From assembly GCF_964355755.1 (NCBI RefSeq), contig NC_092671.1:23944070-24008069 (forward strand): DNA of 64,000 bases, read 5' to 3'. Below the pieces are notes generated by a model. The model saw only the letters and a list, made by a program, of their open reading frames with translations, was not told the DNA's origin and ran no database searches. Source of the DNA: Antedon mediterranea. Its lineage: Eukaryota; Animalia; Echinodermata. Position 1 is the stretch's first letter, and every line of letters starts with the position of its first letter. Positions 63,001 to 64,000 of the stretch are shown piece after piece. Position numbers and translations under genes: made by a program.

Positions 63001-64000
63001 GGAACTTCTTCACTTGGTTGACAACTAAATTGTTAAAACAAGAGATGCTTTAACAAAACTACAAGAGATGCTTTAACAAAACTTTAAATTTATTAATAAT
63101 AGTAATAACTAGAGGGTACTCCGAGAGTACAAACCTCTGCCTACTGTAAAATTCCCCTACATAAAATTTCCCCTGAAAATGTTTTTTTTTACATTTTTTT
63201 TATTAGTTCTAAGTGTAAATAGGCTAACTGCACACTACAAAGTTGTGGATGAGAGTTTGGTGTAATGGTTATGTATCCAGCCTCTTTTTTTTGTGGACCT
63301 TGATCTTTGACCCTGACCCTTCAAAATTTAACCACAAGTATATGATGAGTCATTGATCATTGTGGCTAAGTTGGGTGGGAATCGGATAAAAACTGTGGTC
63401 TTTAGGCAGTAAAATAGTTTTTATTAGTTGTGACCTTGACCTATGACCTTTTCCACTCAAAATCGAACTCGTCCGAGCTTTTGGGGCATGGATCATTGTG
63501 GCCAAATTTGGCCAGAATCGGATGAAAACTGTGGCCTCCAGGCTGTTCACAGACAAACACACACACGCACACATACACAAACATACAGGGGTGAAAACAT
63601 AACCTCCTTGGAGGAGGTAATAAATGATTTACCATATATAAACATACTTACATTAAAAAAAAATCTATAGTATAAGGTTTCAAAAACTGCAATAAATTTT
63701 GTAATGTAATTGGAACATGGAATTGTATATAAATGGCACTGTCTTCATCCACATGCTGACTTTTTAGTCAAATTATATTTTAATAAAAATGATCACAACA
63801 ATCTCATGTACAGATCATTAACCACATTTTAGGTTCCGGTGAAATGTGTCTCCTTTCATTGATTTTTGGAAAATAATTAATGCTTCAAAGATTTAATAAG
63901 AACAAAATATAATATGAAACTTACAGAGGATTAACATTCCAACTTTCACCCCATTCATGGACATTGTCTGTGAGTGTTCCATCAGGTAGAAATAAATCAT
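4..64000 (-). CDS. Giant multi-exon secreted modular protein, partial at both ends: VWD-C8-TIL-TILa / 21x F5/8C discoidin / VWD(GDPH)-C8-TIL-TILa / PTS linker / >=12x FAMeT-like; Sfp1/FCGBP-like adhesive or mucus protein
   Basis: About 91 exons traced on the minus strand with GT(GC)-AG boundaries and matching intron phases from 64000 down to 4. Summed exon length is about 18,020 nt (about 6,000 aa). I saw no stops or frameshifts in the spliced frame. No start or stop codon lies in the window. Confidence 0.88.
392..835 (-). CDS. Exon: FAMeT-like (Methyltransf_FA) domain 12
   Basis: VCANAHTF...[21 protein letters not shown]...YWLSF...FRFCDM; phase 1-1. Flanked by micro-exons 936..962 (ELSDQLDSL) and 4..27 (ALQSGTQS). 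Confidence 0.88.
1104..1559 (-). CDS. Exon: FAMeT-like domain 11
   Basis: ALDGCEQS...MYIITIG...LRRCENC...FWISF...FKFCGL; AG/GT ends. Upstream micro-exon 1871..1894 (IPITNSDT). Confidence 0.88.
2026..2472 (-). CDS. Exon: FAMeT-like domain 10
   Basis: VCQAAP...FDVKGSND...IRLCRSC...FWISF...FRFCDL; 447 nt. Upstream micro-exon 3072..3098 (APTEFAGSS). Confidence 0.88.
3407..3880 (-). CDS. Exon: FAMeT-like domain 9 with fused 27-nt linker
   Basis: [15 protein letters not shown]...MYEIVIG...MRRCIGC...FWISW...FKFCNL; 474 nt = 447 + 27. Confidence 0.87.
4098..4544 (-). CDS. Exon: FAMeT-like domain 8
   Basis: ACQADAEL...MYEIELG...IRRCRSC...YWISF...IRFCNL; 447 nt. Upstream micro-exon 4678..4704 (AHIDVVNSD). 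Confidence 0.88.
4877..5017. repeat. Near-perfect inverted repeat (hairpin), arms about 60 bp
   Basis: agcagaaaacttggttacttcattgttttaatcacta...cgacca / tggtcg...tagtgattaaaacaatgaagtaaccaagttttctgct. Confidence 0.85.
5197..5643 (-). CDS. Exon: FAMeT-like domain 7
   Basis: VCASGP...MYEVVLG...IRRCKDC...FWLEF...VRFCNL; 447 nt. Two upstream micro-exons, 5805..5831 (GEEPPRGSQ) and 6362..6388 (EVIPEALIE). Confidence 0.88.
6922..7347 (-). CDS. Exon: FAMeT-like domain 6 (GC donor)
   Basis: VCRLNH...LYEIYL...IRRCINC...YWIDF...IRFCDV; the donor reads G|GCAAGT. Upstream micro-exon 7476..7502 (PEVLEQGSK). Confidence 0.85.
7669..8106 (-). CDS. Exon: FAMeT-like domain 5
   Basis: TCQQSAP...MYEIKLG...IRRCQNC...YWIKI...FKFCSF. 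Upstream micro-exon 8241..8267 (AVMSEEGSI). Confidence 0.88.
8454..8900 (-). CDS. Exon: FAMeT-like domain 4
   Basis: VCQAFP...YVISFG...IRRCLNC...YWIDF...LRLCDL; 447 nt. Upstream micro-exon 9220..9252 ([11 protein letters not shown]). Confidence 0.88.
9353..9799 (-). CDS. Exon: FAMeT-like domain 3 (lacks the CxxC)
   Basis: FCQESNP...[22 protein letters not shown]...FWISF...LRFCEI; 447 nt. Upstream micro-exon 10150..10176 (ATKSTAGTT). Confidence 0.88.
10439..10876 (-). CDS. Exon: FAMeT-like domain 2
   Basis: TCEGST...MYEIALG...IRRCKNC...FWIDF...FQFCNM. Upstream micro-exon 11963..11989 (GEAEVNGIN). Confidence 0.88.
12215..12643 (-). CDS. Exon: FAMeT-like domain 1 (GC donor)
   Basis: ECFTRLTSG...MYEIVIG...VKRCKNC...FWISF...FIVCGL; the donor reads G|GCAAGT. 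Confidence 0.85.
12920..13291 (+). mobile_element. 5'-truncated RTE-clade LINE 3' end
   Basis: The ORF has the RTE ORF2 C-terminal pattern WRLLGHILR...RGRPRTT...[12 protein letters not shown], followed by a stop and a (TA)n tail. Confidence 0.7.
13400..13573 (-). CDS. Exon: Pro/Thr/Val-rich mucin-like linker
   Basis: [58 protein letters not shown]; 174 nt, phase 1-1. Confidence 0.82.
13730..13766 (+). ncRNA. Minimal type I hammerhead ribozyme motif (Penelope-type)
   Basis: GCA-CUGAUGA-A-GGGC(uaguguu)GCCC-GAAA-GCUC-UGC: intact core, 4-bp stem II, palindromic AGCU in place of stem III, and stem I GCA/UGC. It lies in a pLTR-like segment of about 13640-13900. Confidence 0.72.
13945..15458 (+). 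mobile_element. Degenerate LINE (L2/CR1 group) reverse transcriptase and 3' end
   Basis: [11 protein letters not shown]...IINLSF...[36 protein letters not shown] and LFADDT motifs with stops and frameshifts; ends near AATAAA at about 15452. Confidence 0.85.
15460..19010 (-). mobile_element. Degenerate Penelope-like retroelement (RT plus GIY-YIG endonuclease), interrupted by HINEs
   Basis: RT motifs [16 protein letters not shown] and WFRYIDDIF at about 18600-18965. Cys-rich linker [26 protein letters not shown]...RMTQH and terminal PFGLN at about 15640-16250. Frameshifted. Confidence 0.85.
16301..18565 (-). mobile_element. Two nested Helentron-type non-autonomous elements (HINE/DINE-1-like): outer 16301-18565, inner 17278-18503
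   Basis: Each has an AACTAG end, palindrome aactcgtc..gacgagtt, subterminal repeat ggttatccgc, a GAA-rich microsatellite and a terminal hairpin ggttatccgc..gcggataac. The two bodies are mutually homologous. Confidence 0.72.
19162..19773. mobile_element. PIF/Harbinger-type MITE
   Basis: Imperfect TIR gggtacgttcactcgtatggcgtaag / cttatgccatacgtgttaacaggctc with TTA on both sides. Confidence 0.65.
19819..19987 (-). CDS. Exon: TILa-like cysteine-rich domain (module 2)
   Basis: [56 protein letters not shown]; phase 0-1. Not in the ORF track frame. Confidence 0.85.
20096..20295 (-). CDS. Exon: TIL domain (module 2)
   Basis: [67 protein letters not shown]; phase 1-0. Confidence 0.9.
20480..20906. 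mobile_element. PIF/Harbinger-type MITE with an internal 21-bp tandem repeat
   Basis: Imperfect TIR of about 60 bp (agcccagcgcacactatagcta...acactttgctcact), TTA flanks, and acaattcatgaggaattgtcc about 3 times inside. Confidence 0.7.
21276..21550 (-). CDS. Exon: C8 domain (module 2)
   Basis: CQAQ...[32 protein letters not shown]...[12 protein letters not shown]...FRTETFC; 275 nt, phase 2-1. Confidence 0.9.
21633..25403 (-). mobile_element. Cluster of three stacked HINE-like elements (ends at 21633, 22738, 24194)
   Basis: Three copies of aactaga(a)tttaattcgtcactntgacgaattataggt, bodies homologous to the 16.3-18.5 kb elements, and a terminal hairpin aggtgatcatt..aatgattacct at 25371-25400. 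Confidence 0.7.
25632..26346 (-). CDS. VWD domain with GDPH (exons 26108..26346 and 25632..25909)
   Basis: [18 protein letters not shown]...FQGNCTYV / VNG...LTWDG...[16 protein letters not shown]...WGNSW. Upstream micro-exons 27183..27224 and 27735..27767. Confidence 0.92.
26557..26860 (-). mobile_element. tRNA-derived SINE, possibly with a Nin-domain core
   Basis: B-box-like GGTTCGAG on the minus strand at about 26826-26838, core ggttctttaaagtg...ggacctacggtttatagtccttatccgagaag, and an A-rich tail. A degenerate second copy lies at about 52610-52835. The family call is inference. Confidence 0.55.
28416..29039 (-). CDS. F5/8 type C domain 21 (type G, unit 4), two exons
   Basis: [11 protein letters not shown]...ASSEY...[15 protein letters not shown]...ITQGR / EFGGNSD...[19 protein letters not shown]. 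Confidence 0.9.
29090..29800. mobile_element. Unclassified repeat with nested inverted repeats (possibly non-autonomous Crypton-type)
   Basis: acaaataatgaatgttt / aaacattcattatttgt enclosing aaggttatatttca..cgaggcaaagccg..tgaaatataacctt. Boundaries are approximate. Confidence 0.4.
30473..31423 (-). CDS. F5/8 type C domain 20 (type F, unit 4), two exons
   Basis: [25 protein letters not shown]...ITQGR / SFVGNSDRN...[22 protein letters not shown]. Confidence 0.9.
31883..32755 (-). CDS. F5/8 type C domain 19 (type E, unit 4), two exons
   Basis: [16 protein letters not shown]...ITQGR / [10 protein letters not shown]...[23 protein letters not shown]. Confidence 0.9.
32861..33533 (-). CDS. F5/8 type C domain 18 (type D, unit 4), two exons
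   Basis: [11 protein letters not shown]...[15 protein letters not shown]...VTQGR / [10 protein letters not shown]...[23 protein letters not shown]. Confidence 0.9.
33654..38193 (-). repeat. Discoidin tandem unit 3 (domains 14-17, 11 coding exons)
   Basis: Exons 37859..38193, 37521..37659, 37084..37415, 36500..36638, 36016..36030, 35536..35861, 35068..35206, 34776..34796, 34196..34524, 33901..34039, 33654..33686; 1947 nt coding (649 aa). Confidence 0.9.
38314..44097 (-). repeat. Discoidin tandem unit 2 (domains 10-13, 11 coding exons)
   Basis: Exons 43763..44097, 43435..43573, 42998..43329, 41233..41371, 40742..40756, 40262..40587, 39742..39880, 39450..39470, 38868..39196, 38574..38712, 38314..38346. 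Confidence 0.9.
41683..42828. mobile_element. Kolobok-type MITE (TTAA target duplication), present only in unit 2
   Basis: TIR of about 28 bp aatggacctgaaatgga(t/a)tttcgatttt. The empty site gaaacaatTTAAaattaac in units 3 and 4 shows the TTAA duplication. Purine-purine termini fit Kolobok rather than piggyBac. Confidence 0.78.
44217..49904 (-). repeat. Discoidin tandem unit 1 (domains 6-9, 11 coding exons)
   Basis: Exons 49573..49904, 49210..49348, 48773..49104, 47128..47266, 46633..46647, 46153..46478, 45633..45771, 45341..45361, 44759..45087, 44464..44602, 44217..44249. Confidence 0.9.
47503..48554. mobile_element. Insertion specific to unit 1 with about three internal 360-370 bp tandem repeats (truncated DNA element)
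   Basis: Absent from the same intron in units 2-4. The motif ttttggggtagggggta recurs at about 47687, 48059 and 48415. It starts with TAGTCC and has no matching right TIR. Confidence 0.65.
50739..51373 (-). CDS. F5/8 type C domain 5 (exons 51051..51373, 50739..50877)
   Basis: [25 protein letters not shown]...ITQGR / [10 protein letters not shown]...[22 protein letters not shown]. Followed by micro-exon 50381..50413 ([11 protein letters not shown]). Confidence 0.9.
51577..52266 (-). CDS. F5/8 type C domain 4 (exons 51914..52266, 51577..51739)
   Basis: [19 protein letters not shown]...STQGR / EFQGN...[32 protein letters not shown]. Confidence 0.9.
52944..54123 (-). CDS. F5/8 type C domain 3 (exons 53798..54123, 52944..53082)
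   Basis: [12 protein letters not shown]...TTEGR / [17 protein letters not shown]...[22 protein letters not shown]. Preceded by micro-exon 54483..54506 (VPDEDSEE). Confidence 0.9.
54791..55511 (-). CDS. F5/8 type C domain 2 (exons 55150..55511, 54791..54929)
   Basis: EVRATL...[10 protein letters not shown]...ITQGR / YFPANMDQN...[19 protein letters not shown]. Confidence 0.9.
55675..56317 (-). CDS. F5/8 type C domain 1 (exons 55992..56317, 55675..55813)
   Basis: [16 protein letters not shown]...VTQGR / DFVGNSDSN...[15 protein letters not shown]. Confidence 0.9.
56519..56693 (-). CDS. Exon: TILa / EGF-like cysteine-rich domain (module 1)
   Basis: [58 protein letters not shown]; phase 0-1. Missed by the ORF track. 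Confidence 0.88.
56854..61993 (+). mobile_element. Possible Helitron-like element hosting the LTR insertion
   Basis: Begins A|TCTATATATA within an (AAT/AAC)n run and ends near hairpins accatct..agatggt and tacgc-ga-gcgta before (AAT)n resumes. Internal duplicate of about 85 bp at 56982 and 57678. No canonical CTRR end. Confidence 0.35.
57901..61618 (-). mobile_element. Non-autonomous LTR retroelement (Gypsy-like)
   Basis: 624-bp LTRs TGTAATATAA...TTATATTACA (57901-58524 and 60995-61618), with one mismatch seen. 4-bp TSD GTAT. PBS TGGTGGAAGACCC immediately inside 60994, and polypurine tract AAAAGGGAAACAGAGGGA next to 58820 on the minus strand. No RT or integrase core. Confidence 0.9.
62282..62484 (-). 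CDS. Exon: TIL domain (module 1)
   Basis: [21 protein letters not shown]...[26 protein letters not shown]; phase 1-0. Confidence 0.92.
62750..63024 (-). CDS. Exon: C8 domain (module 1)
   Basis: CQPS...[32 protein letters not shown]...[12 protein letters not shown]...FRTDELC; 275 nt, the same length and phases as 21276..21550. Confidence 0.92.
63107..63622 (-). mobile_element. HINE/DINE-1-like Helentron non-autonomous element
   Basis: Minus strand: ttattacctcctccaaggaggttatgttttc, a TG/TGTT microsatellite, tgacct-rich repeats, subterminal ggcagaggt, hairpin gtactc-tcg-gagtac and CTAGTT end. Confidence 0.75.
63925..64000 (-). CDS. Partial exon: C-terminal end of the VWD domain (module 1)
   Basis: [24 protein letters not shown]|gtaag, paralogous to [24 protein letters not shown] at about 25640-25710. 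Confidence 0.88.

Noticed and set aside
63038-63083. 23-bp perfect tandem duplication next to the C8 exon acceptor
   Set aside because: Simple slippage duplication that leaves the acceptor at 63025 intact; no evidence of function.

Overview
AT-rich eukaryotic (animal) genomic DNA; an echinoderm or similar marine invertebrate is an inference from the domain and repeat content. The whole window lies inside one large minus-strand gene that is open at both ends. By hand I trace about 91 exons with consistent splice sites and phases, about 18.0 kb of CDS, or about 6,000 aa. From N to C it encodes [VWD end]-C8-TIL-TILa/EGF-like, 21 F5/8 type C (discoidin) domains, VWD(GDPH)-C8-TIL-TILa, a Pro/Thr/Val-rich linker, and at least 12 FAMeT-like (Methyltransf_FA) domains. 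Sixteen of the discoidins sit in four near-identical 4.7-5.9 kb genomic tandem units. Domains are joined by 27 in-frame, phase 1-1 linker micro-exons of 15-42 nt. The domain vocabulary resembles sea-star footprint adhesive proteins (Sfp1) and FCGBP/mucins, so a giant secreted adhesive or mucus protein is the best guess. Introns carry many transposon remnants: a Penelope-like element with a minimal hammerhead ribozyme nearby, RTE and L2/CR1-group LINEs, nested Helentron-type HINEs, Harbinger- and Kolobok-type MITEs, SINEs, and a non-autonomous LTR element whose 3' LTR contains a copy of flanking host DNA. All coordinates were read by eye; no searches were run.
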